From assembly GCA_963848135.1 (NCBI GenBank), contig CAWKCK010000004.1, forward strand, positions 124,001 through 188,000: a stretch of DNA of 64,000 nucleotides, written 5' to 3'. A program made the translations under genes and the position numbers. The number at the start of each line of letters is the position of its first letter. Position 1 is the stretch's first letter. The DNA comes from an uncultured delta proteobacterium (GTDB taxonomy: Bacteria > Desulfobacterota > Desulfobacteria > Desulfobacterales > SG8-13). Of this stretch, positions 1 through 9,453 are shown in pieces. The notes beneath the pieces are model-generated. The model saw only the letters and a program-made list of their open reading frames with translations. It searched no databases and was not told the origin of the DNA.

Positions 1-1000
1 AAGGGGGAACGTGAACCTCGGTATCCGGTACAGGAAGACCGAAATTATAAGCGGTTCCGGGGCCAATACCTGAGGACCGGCCAATCTGCCAGTTCATAAT
101 ATTTTCCACCTCGGAACTCTCCATCTCTTTGTCGAATTGAAATTTCATGGTGAAGGTTTTCGAAGCTTCCGCGGTCTGCAGATAGGTATCAAGAGAAGAG
201 ACAGGGGTCTTGATCGGCATCCAGTAGTTGAAAGAGCTTGTGGCATAGGCAAACATCATTTTCGGCGGATCGACCTCGTATATGTAGCTGCTGAGCGTGT
301 CGGCCAGCTCCGGTGCCTCAGCCACAGATCTTTCACAATTTCCATGGCCTCTTCGATTTGGCCTGAGTCCGGCATAGGCATAACCCATCTCAGCATAGGC
401 ATCATAGAACCTGTCATCAATGCGATGGCGGCTTTGAATTGTGTGATGGCTTCCTCGTAGCGGCCTTGTTTGCTGTAATTGAGACCCAACCCAAAGCGAC
501 CGTTAGGTTTGAGGGGCTCCATTCGCATCACTTTATTGAACTGAATGTCAGCATCCGTATAGCGTCCCAGTATTCATATATGCCTGCCCCAGGGCGAAAG
601 TGTTTCCTGAACTGGGGTTCAGATTGACAGCCTTCTCGTATTCTTGGTGGCATGCCTCTGAAAAGTTGTTCTGAAAAATAGAGATTACCGAGTTTAATAT
701 GGATGTCGTCGCGGTAGGGATTGAGTCGTAACGCTGTTTTATAGGCTTTCATGGCATTCTTGGTGTCATCAAGTGCAAGATAAGCATCGGCCATGTAATG
801 GCGGCATCAATGGAGTTAGGAAGTTTGGGGGCCAACCCGATGGCGCGTTGGAATTCTTTTATAGCTCCTTTGAAGTCCTTGCGCATGTAAAGATCGATGC
901 CCCGGGTTAGGGCGGTGTTGCTCAAGCTTTCCAACTGCGCCGGTTGTTGTAAGGTGGACGAGAAGATGTCCGTGTTAATCGCGCTGTTGCCAAGGAGCAT
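1..1000 (-). CDS. TPR-repeat protein with an uncharacterised C-terminal domain; frameshifted in this sequence and runs off the left edge
   Basis: ORFs 749-1000, 528-794 and 256-531 give consecutive TPR-like segments (AIKEFQRAIGLAP, AMKAYKTALRLNP, EEAITQFKAAI). Manual translation below 270 continues DPPKMMFAYATSSF...FQFDKEMESSEVENIMNWQI. Confidence 0.75.
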
Positions 1001-1012
1001 GATATAATTCGA

Positions 1013-1399
1013 CTACTCGCCATCTACGGGAGAACCTCTCAAACCTGCGGCGAGATTCTCGTTGATTTTAATGACGATATTGAGTTTATCCGACGAAGGA
1101 GACGCCATGGTTTCGAAAATTCGGCGGTCGATAAACGCGCTCAATCGCAGAATATCGCTTCGCAGCCTTTTCGGAAGCGGATGGTCGTCGTTTGCCAACT
1201 CTGCTTGGAAAATGCTCCAGATGCGTTGGTTGTACTTGAGAGCTTCCTCAAGTCTTCGTTGGTGATCATCGATCTCCCAATTATTCTGGCACTCTCTTAG
1301 CTTCCGGGCCGCTTTTGTGAGAACCACCGCTTCAATTCCCCGTCCCGGTATGGTCATGTTGTTGACGGATTCATAGCTGCTCAAGGGGTCACTGTACAT
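1013..1399 (-). CDS. flaF: Flagellar biosynthesis regulator FlaF
   Basis: EAVVLTKAARKL...EEALKYNQRIWSIFQAELANDDHPLPKRLRSDILRLSAFI...LNIVIKINENLAAGL; adjacent to flbT. Confidence 0.9.
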   Translation of the reverse strand: MYSDPLSSYESVNNMTIPGRGIEAVVLTKAARKLRECQNNWEIDDHQRRLEEALKYNQRIWSIFQAELANDDHPLPKRLRSDILRLSAFIDRRIFETMASPSSDKLNIVIKINENLAAGLRGSPVDGE

Positions 1400-1781
1400 A
1401 ACCGGTTGTCTCCTTTTCATAAGCGATAAGTTCGGCGGCCAGTTTAAGCGCCTGGTAATATTTTCCGTTCAAAATATTTTCGTTGATTTGATCAATTAAA
1501 CCCGTGAGTCTGGGCACTGCCTTGAGAAGGGGCCGGACCAGCTTCCAGTAGCTCTCGTGGTGGGTCGGCAGGTTTTCGGTGTCGATGTACATGAGTTGGA
1601 TAACAAAATAGATTCGGGAGCAAGGCGTGTCAGCATCTTTTTCGCTGAGAATGTCTTTTTCTCTCAGAACCGGGGCATTGTTTTCGACAAGCAGGTCCGA
1701 TGTTTGGCGGCCGACATTTTTAACGACTGCACCGCCAATTAGAATTCGTTCGCCAGGTTTTAAAGATATTTTCAGCGCCAT
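1389..1781 (-). CDS. flbT: Flagellin translational regulator FlbT
   Basis: MALKISLKPGERILIGGAVVKN...VLREKDIL...ADTPCSRIYFVIQLMY...YYQALKLAAELIAYE. Confidence 0.92.
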   Translation of the reverse strand: MALKISLKPGERILIGGAVVKNVGRQTSDLLVENNAPVLREKDILSEKDADTPCSRIYFVIQLMYIDTENLPTHHESYWKLVRPLLKAVPRLTGLIDQINENILNGKYYQALKLAAELIAYEKETTGYVQ

Positions 1782-1862
1782 TGGATATTTGCAGGATTCA
1801 AATTTGTTCCTGTGTATTGTCAAGAAGTTTTGAAACTGTTCAGATCGGATTGAATTGGGTGT

Positions 1863-1889
1863 CTGGAGGGAGATTAATTCTCCCTCCAG
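1863..1889 (-). terminator. Perfect stem-loop between flagellin and flbT (stabiliser or partial terminator)
   Basis: CTGGAGGGAGA-TTAAT-TCTCCCTCCAG; no clear U-tract on the minus strand. Confidence 0.55.
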
Positions 1890-1928
1890 GTATTAGGTGT
1901 AGCGAAGTACAATATTGTTCTAATTAGC

Positions 1929-2764
1929 TTAGAACAGTCTCAGAACCGACTGAGCTGCCTGGGAAGCCAAGCTCAGGGAAGTGGTACCCAAAGCTTGACG
2001 TGTTTGAAGCATCAGCATATTGGCGCCTTCTTCGTTCATATCGGCATCGTGAGTTTGGCTGCTCCGTCCTCTAGCGTATTAATCATTTTCTCGTGAAATC
2101 TTGACGAGCAGTAATAACACTCATGTTGTTAGATAGCTTTTTGGCATTGTACGCATTCAGATGTCGCTGCATCCAAAATGCGATATCGGCTCCAATATCG
2201 CCAGTAGCAACGGACCAATCAGTCGCGTCTACGATATCAAGTCCTGTACCGTCGGTTGGCCCGGGCATCTGGTCATTAGCGTAAGCGTAGATGCCTGTAA
2301 TGGTGAATTTCCTAAGACCTTCCGCATCGAATTTAACTGCCAAAGTCCCTTCGGTAAAAAATTTACGCCTTTGTATCCAGAATCCACGGCTAGAAAATCA
2401 ATTTGATCCATAACTTCATTATATTGCGTTCCTAATGTTGCAGCATCGGTGTAACCGGATGACAAAGCAGTCTGTGCAAGTGATTTAGCCTGAGCGATAA
2501 GATTCGTCATACCTTCGATGCCATTGTTGGCGGCTTTAACGGTTTGAATGGCCTCAGACATACCATCTTTGCGAACGCCAAATCACTGGCGCGAGTCCGG
2601 TGTTCATGGGCCGCAAAAAAATTCAGCGGATCGTCGAGAGCTGTATTGACCTTCAGGCCTGTCGATAAGCGATTCTGGGTAATTTCCATGTCTTTGGACG
2701 TTTTTTGCAGACTAAAGAGGTTGGCTCGCATGCCTGCAGTTAAATTAATTGTACTAAGTGCCAT
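1929..2764 (-). CDS. fliC: Short alphaproteobacterial-style flagellin; several frameshifts in this sequence
   Basis: N-terminus MALSTINLTAGMRANLFSLQKTSKDMEITQNRLSTGLKVNTALDDP; C-terminus ADMNEEGANMLMLQTRQALGTTSLSLASQAAQSVLRLF; pieces in ORFs 2507-2764, 2229-2561 and 2083-2343. Confidence 0.9.
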
Positions 2765-2912
2765 AATTTTGTCTCCTTTTCTAGGTATTGGTTGTACCAG
2801 CTTTCTGCTGATATTGGTTTTGCCGCTGAATGCGACGCTCTTTTCAGGGCATTCAATGGCCAGGTTCGGTTGAGGCCTCCGTTTCGGACCGTTATCCTGC
2901 CTTCACAGTCCA

Positions 2913-2939
2913 TTATCGGGTGCTGCCGGGCAAACTTGA
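2913..2939 (-). promoter_or_regulatory. Sigma28 (FliA) promoter of flagellin
   Basis: Minus strand TCAAGTTT-N11-CCCGATAA, against consensus TAAAGTTT-N11-GCCGATAA. Confidence 0.75.
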
Positions 2940-3368
2940 GCGGAATTTTTTTATAAATTGCCTTGGAGGTAACAACGGCAGTTTAATTCGACTGAAAGTT
3001 GTGTCCGGCTCTAAGAGAGCGGAAGGGATAAAACGCAAGATGCCGGTTAGGCATTTTAAAAAATATTGTGTTAATAGAATTAGTTACAATGGATGGCCGC
3101 GGGTCGACCACGTTCAAATATTAAATGTCTGGACGAATGATATACAATGTATTATAATCGGCGTGCGAAATTAAGGTAATCGGTTAGATTATTGAATTAA
3201 AATTTTATCCGGTCGAAAATTTCAGGTATTATACCGCTTTTCAAAAATGAATTACGAAACACGGAAGGTTGGTATAAGTGGTTGTAGAAGAAAACGTCCG
3301 CATAAAGGAACGTTTTTTGACAACCACTATATAAAAGGACTTAATACGATTGTGGTTCCCACCCAAGA

Positions 3369-4457
3369 ATGGAAAACGATACGCTTACGAAGGATGCTGA
3401 TTTGTTGAATCTCGCCGTTGATGATGACCAAGCCGTTGATACTGAGAAAATTGCGTGTCCACTCCCAACAGACGGAAATGCTCAAAGACCGGCAGGATTC
3501 CTGGATATTATCGGCGGCAGTTCGGCCATGTGTGCGGTATTTAACCTGATCCGAAAAGTGGCGGATTCGGAAAGCACCATTCTTATTACCGGCGAAACCG
3601 GAACCGGTAAGGGACTCGTGGCCAAAGCCCTTCACTGCTGTTCCCGCCGCAAGGACAAGCCTTTTGTGGCCATCAACTGCGGTGCTATTCCCGAAAATTT
3701 GCTCGAAAGTGAGCTGTTCGGGCATGTCAAAGGGGCATTTACCGGTGCCACGGCAAATAAGATCGGAAAATTTGAACGGGCTCACGGGGGCACGATATTT
3801 TTAGATGAAATCGGTGATATGAGCCCGGAACTTCAAGTAAAGCTTTTAAAAGTTCTCGAGGAGGGTGAGTTCGAGGCGGTCGGTGGGAACAGAACAATCA
3901 AGGTTGATGTCCGCATCATTGCCGCCACCCACAGAAACCTCGACGAAGAGGTGCAGAACGGGTGTTTCAGGGAGGATCTATTTTACCGGTTATTTGTCAT
4001 ACCGGTCCGGCTCCCGGCTTTGCGGCACCGCAAAGGGGACATCTCACTTCTGATGAACCACTTTTTAAAACAGTCCAACAATAAGAATAACCGTCAGGTC
4101 GAAGGCGTGGCGGACGAGGTTGGACGCATACTGATGAACCATTCTTGGCCGGGGAATGTCCGGGAACTGAAGAATCTGATCGAGCGGATCGTTGTCCTTA
4201 GAGGTGAGGGCCGAATTTCCGTCAGGGATCTTCCCGCCAACCTGATTAATGCGTCATCATCAAATCCGACGCCCACTATCGAGATCACTGATGAAGGCAT
4301 CTCTTTGAGCAACGCTGTCACTGATTTTGAAAAAGCGCTCATTATTCAGTCGCTCGAGAAGACCAACTGGGTCAAGAACCAGGCGGCTAAACTCCTGCAA
4401 CTCAACCGCACGACGCTCGTCGAAAAAATCAAGCGCCATCAACTCCAGCCTGAGTAA
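3369..4457 (+). CDS. Sigma54-dependent enhancer-binding protein with no N-terminal receiver domain (FleQ/FlrA-like candidate master regulator)
   Basis: [38 protein letters not shown] and a Fis-type HTH; only ~45 aa precede the AAA+ domain. Confidence 0.85.
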   Translation: MENDTLTKDADLLNLAVDDDQAVDTEKIACPLPTDGNAQRPAGFLDIIGGSSAMCAVFNLIRKVADSESTILITGETGTGKGLVAKALHCCSRRKDKPFVAINCGAIPENLLESELFGHVKGAFTGATANKIGKFERAHGGTIFLDEIGDMSPELQVKLLKVLEEGEFEAVGGNRTIKVDVRIIAATHRNLDEEVQNGCFREDLFYRLFVIPVRLPALRHRKGDISLLMNHFLKQSNNKNNRQVEGVADEVGRILMNHSWPGNVRELKNLIERIVVLRGEGRISVRDLPANLINASSSNPTPTIEITDEGISLSNAVTDFEKALIIQSLEKTNWVKNQAAKLLQLNRTTLVEKIKRHQLQPE

Positions 4458-4468
4458 TTCTCACTTAC

Positions 4469-4571
4469 ACCCAAATTGAGCGTTTTATATTTTCGAAATT
4501 CCGATGGGCAGAAGTCCTTATTTCTATTGTTTATTCTCATATTTCGAAAATATAAAACGCTCAACTTGGGT
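4469..4571. repeat. Palindromic MITE-like element with ~31-bp inverted arms
   Basis: ACCCAAATTGAGCGTTTTATATTTTCGAAAT ... ATTTCGAAAATATAAAACGCTCAACTTGGGT (1 mismatch). Confidence 0.75.
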
Positions 4572-4722
4572 TACATTAAAGTTTCCATGAAACATTCAGT
4601 CGTTTAAAAGACGCAACTTTCTGAATATATAATTAAAAAACGAGTTTTCATTGTTTTTGAGCCCGAACCGTCATCCTGCCCGTCGAGCGCTTATCATCTT
4701 CCCGAAGCCGGCGGTGAGTGGT

Positions 4723-4736
4723 GTCAAAGCCCTGAC
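4723..4736. promoter_or_regulatory. FleQ-box-like enhancer site GTCA-N6-TGAC
   Basis: GTCAAAGCCCTGAC, ~210 bp upstream of a sigma54-like motif. Confidence 0.5.
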
Positions 4737-4943
4737 GGAATTATCGACTATTTTTGACGACCTGGTCGATCAGTTGCGAGAATTTCTGGCACGGCCGCTT
4801 TATTTTTTCCTCTTTTTCGACACAGCAAACAATCCCTGTAACTACCGACAAGGTTGCAGATTCATACGCTGCGGGCGTTTCAAATCGTCAGCCGGGTAAC
4901 GGCACTTTCATTCCCGGAATAGGTTTGATTACAAAAGCTTAGA

Positions 4944-4959
4944 TGGCATGATAATTGAA
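4944..4959 (+). promoter_or_regulatory. Imperfect sigma54 promoter
   Basis: TGGCATG-ATAA-TTGAA (GA instead of GC at -12). Confidence 0.45.
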
Positions 4960-5080
4960 ATCGACCTATGTCTGTCGCCATATCTCACGGGGAAAGACCC
5001 GTCGGTGCAAGTTTTCATTATAAGATTTCGCTCGGGGTGGGGGAGAACTCCGCTCTGATCACGCTGGGTGGTTTTGCTGA

Positions 5081-6430
5081 ATGCAGACACATAAAGTACT
5101 GGTCGTTGAAGATGATCCCGGCGTTCGGGACATGCTGTCGCAAACGCTCGATCGCAGTGGTTATGATGTTCAGAGCGCCGTCGATGGCTCTGATGCTCTC
5201 AACAAGATCAGGGACAACCGGTTCAGCCTGGTAATCACTGATGTCCGCTTGCCAAAGGTAAACGGCCTGCAACTTCTCGGTGAAATCAAACAGTCCACAC
5301 CCCAGGTGCCAGTTATCGTCATCACGGGTTTTGGGTCCGTCCAGAACGCGGTGGAGGCTATGCAGGTGGGTGCCAGCGACTACCTGCTCAAACCTTTTTC
5401 AACAGAAGCCCTTCAGGCGGCTATTAACCGGGCAGGGATTGCACCGAAGGAAGGTGTTCAGGTGCTGCCGGATCGCCAACGACACCTGATCGATCGGCGG
5501 ATCGTCACCCGGGATCAGCCATTTCTTGAGGTCTTGAAAGTCGCTGAAAACGTCGCCCACAGCACTGCCAGCGTTCTCGTTCAGGGAGAGAGCGGAACCG
5601 GTAAGGAACTTCTGGCCCGATTCATCCACGAACGCGGTGGCCGCAAGGAAGAGCCCTATGTGGCTGTCAATTGTGCCGCCCTGCCGGATACCCTGGCCGA
5701 AAGCGAGCTTTTCGGCCACGAAAAAGGGGCCTTCACTGGCGCGGTTCAGCGGAAGACCGGTAAATTCGAAGCCGCGGGCCGCGGAACAATCGTTCTGGAT
5801 GAAATCAGTGAAATGTCGCTGCCTCTGCAGGCCAAACTCCTGAGGGTTCTGCAAGAACGACAAGTCGAACGAATTGGCGGTAACCGGCCGGTGACCGTCG
5901 ATGCCAGGGTGGTCGCCATCAGCAATGTCGATCTCAAGGCGTCCGTGGAGTCGGGGCAATTCAGGAAAGACCTTTTTTACCGGGTCAATGTCGTACCGCT
6001 GCGGGTTCCCCCCCTGCGTGAACGCAGAGAGGACATCCTGCTCCTTGCCCGTCATTTTTGTGAATCATTCTGCCACGCGAACAACAAAGGTTTGATGTCA
6101 ATTTCCCCATCGGCTGAAGAGCAACTGCAGCAATATGGCTGGCCGGGAAATATTCGTGAACTTGAAAATGCCATGGAGCGGGCGGTTCTGATCAGTGCCG
6201 ACAGCGAAATCGGACCGGAAGATTTGATTCTCGATGGTGAAGGTTTAGGCCCCGGGTCGTCGGACGACGCGTCCATCAACGCTGGGGTGACCGTTAGGGA
6301 AATGGAACGCAAACTGATCATGGCCACGATGGAAAACGTCAATGCGAACCGGTCCCAGGCGGCTGAGATGCTCGGGATCAGCATACGCACTTTGCGAAAC
6401 AAACTTAAGGAGTATCGGGAAACGCATTGA
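5081..6430 (+). CDS. NtrC-family sigma54 response regulator (FlgR/FleR-like)
   Basis: Receiver domain (VLVVEDD...ITDVRLP...KPF), AAA+ domain with GAFTGA, HTH; directly upstream of flgB. Confidence 0.9.
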   Translation: MQTHKVLVVEDDPGVRDMLSQTLDRSGYDVQSAVDGSDALNKIRDNRFSLVITDVRLPKVNGLQLLGEIKQSTPQVPVIVITGFGSVQNAVEAMQVGASDYLLKPFSTEALQAAINRAGIAPKEGVQVLPDRQRHLIDRRIVTRDQPFLEVLKVAENVAHSTASVLVQGESGTGKELLARFIHERGGRKEEPYVAVNCAALPDTLAESELFGHEKGAFTGAVQRKTGKFEAAGRGTIVLDEISEMSLPLQAKLLRVLQERQVERIGGNRPVTVDARVVAISNVDLKASVESGQFRKDLFYRVNVVPLRVPPLRERREDILLLARHFCESFCHANNKGLMSISPSAEEQLQQYGWPGNIRELENAMERAVLISADSEIGPEDLILDGEGLGPGSSDDASINAGVTVREMERKLIMATMENVNANRSQAAEMLGISIRTLRNKLKEYRETH

Positions 6431-6475
6431 ACCCTGACCGGGAACTTTTTGAAAGGGCGAGATAGCGAAATTCCC

Positions 6476-6491
6476 TGGTATGAAAGTTGCT
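6476..6491 (+). promoter_or_regulatory. Sigma54 promoter of the flgB operon
   Basis: TGGTATG-AAAG-TTGCT. Confidence 0.75.
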
Positions 6492-6526
6492 TAAAATTAG
6501 GCGTTCAGATGCAAGGAGGAATAACA

Positions 6527-6952
6527 ATGGAAGCCCAAAAACTGTTTGGTGGAACCATAAAGGTCGTGGAAAGGGCCCTTGATGTGCGCGCCAAGAACCA
6601 TTCGGTCATTGTTTCCAACATCTCCAATGCCGACACCCCGAATTACAAGTCGTTTCACCTCCAGGTCGACAAGGCGATGGAAAAATTTGCCGCCCATTCG
6701 AATCGGTTGAATCTGCGCTGCACCCAGCCGGCGCATCTTCCTTTTCAGGCGGGACCGCAATTTCGGCAAAACATAGTGGTGGACGATAGCAAGTCTTTCA
6801 CTCTTCGCGGTGACGGCAATACGGTCGACATGGACAGGGAGATGGCGGATCTCGGGGAAAACAGCCTCCTTTACAATACTGCTGCCCAAATTATCCAGAA
6901 AAAATTTCAGACACTTAAATCCGCCATACAAGGCGGCAACGGAGGGAGCTAA
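6527..6952 (+). CDS. flgB: Basal-body rod protein FlgB
   Basis: SNISNADTPNYKS, RGDGNTVDMDREM; SD AAGGAGG before ATG 6527. Confidence 0.95.
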   Translation: MEAQKLFGGTIKVVERALDVRAKNHSVIVSNISNADTPNYKSFHLQVDKAMEKFAAHSNRLNLRCTQPAHLPFQAGPQFRQNIVVDDSKSFTLRGDGNTVDMDREMADLGENSLLYNTAAQIIQKKFQTLKSAIQGGNGGS

Positions 6953-6954
6953 TT

Positions 6955-7392
6955 ATGGATTTTTTTAAGGCTCTGCACACCAGCTCCACCGGTTTGTCTG
7001 CGCAACGTCTGCGGATGAACCTAATTTCCAGTAACCTTGCCAACATCAACACCACCCGTACGCCTCAGGGCGGGCCATACAGACGCAAAGAGGCAGTTTT
7101 CGAGGCCGTCCCGGCCGATCGTTCCTTTAAGGACGCTCTGGCCATGGCCCGAACGGGTCAAATCGCCGAGGTCAAGGTTGCGGGAATCGTTGAGGACCCG
7201 GTCCCATTTAAACAGAAATACGATCCGCACCATCCGGACGCCGATGGCCAAGGGTATGTAACCGTACCCAACATAAATCTGATGGAAGAAATGGTTAACA
7301 TGATATCGGCCACCCGCAGCTACGAAGCCAATGTCACCGCCATTAAGGCCGCCAAGAGTATGGCCCTTAAAGCGCTCGACATTGGACGCTAG
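6955..7392 (+). CDS. flgC: Basal-body rod protein FlgC
   Basis: GLSAQRLRMNLISSNLANINTT, YDPHHPDAD, EEMVNMISATRSYEAN. Confidence 0.97.
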   Translation: MDFFKALHTSSTGLSAQRLRMNLISSNLANINTTRTPQGGPYRRKEAVFEAVPADRSFKDALAMARTGQIAEVKVAGIVEDPVPFKQKYDPHHPDADGQGYVTVPNINLMEEMVNMISATRSYEANVTAIKAAKSMALKALDIGR

Positions 7393-7434
7393 CCGTGAAT
7401 CACTTATTCGATCAAACGTGGATGGACCCCAAAA

Positions 7435-7737
7435 ATGAAAACGACGCCCTTAGGTAACGGCCCTCAATTTCAATCCCTATCTCCTGAAAATCAGCTGCAA
7501 CGCTCGGATGGCGAGGATCCGTCGTTCGGCGAAACCATGTTGCAGGCTATCGATTCCGTTAACCGGCTTCAAAATGAAGCTGACGACGACATTCAGGCGC
7601 TTGCTACCGGCGAAAAAAGGGATCTGCACCAAACCATGATTTCTATGGAAAAAGCCGGGATTTCGTTTCAGTTGATGATGCAGGTGCGCAACAAGATCGT
7701 TGCCGCCTATCAAGAAATTATGCGGATGCAGATTTAA
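7435..7737 (+). CDS. fliE: Hook-basal body protein FliE
   Basis: DLHQTMISMEKA...QVRNKIVAAYQEIMRMQI. Confidence 0.97.
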   Translation: MKTTPLGNGPQFQSLSPENQLQRSDGEDPSFGETMLQAIDSVNRLQNEADDDIQALATGEKRDLHQTMISMEKAGISFQLMMQVRNKIVAAYQEIMRMQI

Positions 7738-7752
7738 GAAGGAGAGCGCTAA

Positions 7753-9342
7753 ATGGCACTGAACGAAGCTGGCGGTCAAATCAGAAACCTGTTGGCGACC
7801 CTCAGCCCGGCCAAGAAAATTACCCTGGCCGGCCTGATCATCGGGACTGTTGCCGGGTTCATCCTGTTGATGACCTGGACGGGCAGGTTGGAATACCGCA
7901 GTCTGTATAGCGGCCTGGCACCCGAGGATGCCGGGGAGGTCCTCACCTACCTTAAAGCGCAGAAAATACCATACCGGATTTCGGAAAACGGCACCGGTAT
8001 CCAGGTTCCGCATGACAAGGTTCACGAAAGCCGCATGGCATTGGCCTCCCAGGGACTGCCCCAGGGGGGAGGGATCGGTTTCGAGGTTTTCGACAACACC
8101 AAGCTCGGGATGACCGAGTTCGTTCAAAACGTGAATTATCAACGTGCCCTTCAAGGTGAGCTTTCTCGCACCATCAACCGCATTGCCGAAGTGGAGAGTT
8201 CCCGGGTTCATATCGTCATGCCGGAAAAATCGCTGTTCATCGAACAGGAAGAACCGGCGACGGCATCAGTGGTGGTCAAGTTGCGGCGGGGCCAGTGGTT
8301 GAACCAGGAACAGGTGAAGGGAATCGTTCATCTGGTATCCTCAAGCGTCTCACGGCTCAAGCCGGACAATGTCACCGTGGTCGATACTTCGGGCAAAATG
8401 CTGGCAGGCTTTTCGGACCGCTCGGAAGTGACCCGGCTCAGTTCGGACCAGCTTGAATACCAGGCCAACTTGGAACGTAACCTAGAGACGCGAATCAAAT
8501 CGATGCTGGAAAAGGCACTCGGCCGCGACAAAGCCATTGTTCGGCTATCCGCCTCTCTCGATTTCACTCAGCAGGAAATGACCGAAGAGCGCTATTATCC
8601 GGAAAATAGGGTGGTTCGCAGCGAGCAGGTGTTGCAGGAAAAGTCGGGGCAGCCGTCTTCGATACCGGCCGGAATTCCCGGGGTGCGCTCCAATATTGCC
8701 AATACTCCATCCTCGGTCACCGATGGCGTTTCTGAGTTCCAAAAAAACGATCGCACGGTCAATTACGAGATCGGCAAGCGCACCAGCCGCACCATCGAAC
8801 CGATGTCTCGCATCAAAAGGATCTCGGTAGCCGTGGTTGTGGATGGGACCTACCTGTCGCAGCAGAAAAAAGGCAGTACGCCCGAATCGACGTATCAGGC
8901 GAGATCCGACGAAGAAATGGCACAGCTGGACAAAATTATCAAGAGTGCCATAAATTTCGATGCCGATCGGGGAGATGTGGTTGAAGTGGTCAACATTCCC
9001 TTTCAGGTCGACAAGGTACCCGGTCTTCCTGAGAAAGAAGCGCCGCCGGGCTGGGCCGAACGTTTGCGGCCTTTCACGGAACCGGTAAAATACACTTTGC
9101 TGGGGATTTTCCTCCTGTTTTCATTCCTCTTCGTCGTCAGACCGATTATCAAATGGTTGACAGCCGGAGGTTCCGGCGATGTAGGGATGCTGCACCAGTT
9201 GCCCAAAACCGTTGGTGAACTCGAACGTGAAATCGGTGGCGCTATCGGGAGCATGCCGTATCGCGACGAACTCAATCGGTTGTTGACCACCGACAGTGAA
9301 GTATCTTCGGACGTGATGCGGGATTGGATGAAAGAAACTTAG
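7753..9342 (+). CDS. fliF: MS-ring protein FliF
   Basis: GFEVFDNTKLGMTEFVQNVNYQRALQGELSRTI; two TM segments. Confidence 0.97.
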   Translation: MALNEAGGQIRNLLATLSPAKKITLAGLIIGTVAGFILLMTWTGRLEYRSLYSGLAPEDAGEVLTYLKAQKIPYRISENGTGIQVPHDKVHESRMALASQGLPQGGGIGFEVFDNTKLGMTEFVQNVNYQRALQGELSRTINRIAEVESSRVHIVMPEKSLFIEQEEPATASVVVKLRRGQWLNQEQVKGIVHLVSSSVSRLKPDNVTVVDTSGKMLAGFSDRSEVTRLSSDQLEYQANLERNLETRIKSMLEKALGRDKAIVRLSASLDFTQQEMTEERYYPENRVVRSEQVLQEKSGQPSSIPAGIPGVRSNIANTPSSVTDGVSEFQKNDRTVNYEIGKRTSRTIEPMSRIKRISVAVVVDGTYLSQQKKGSTPESTYQARSDEEMAQLDKIIKSAINFDADRGDVVEVVNIPFQVDKVPGLPEKEAPPGWAERLRPFTEPVKYTLLGIFLLFSFLFVVRPIIKWLTAGGSGDVGMLHQLPKTVGELEREIGGAIGSMPYRDELNRLLTTDSEVSSDVMRDWMKET

Positions 9343-9453
9343 CCTACATTTATCATTAATTTAGTACATCGCCATTGAAATTTACAGTGCAGAGGAAAGC
9401 TCAAAAAACGTCATAGAGATGAATCAAAAGGCCACTATTCAATTGTATGCATC

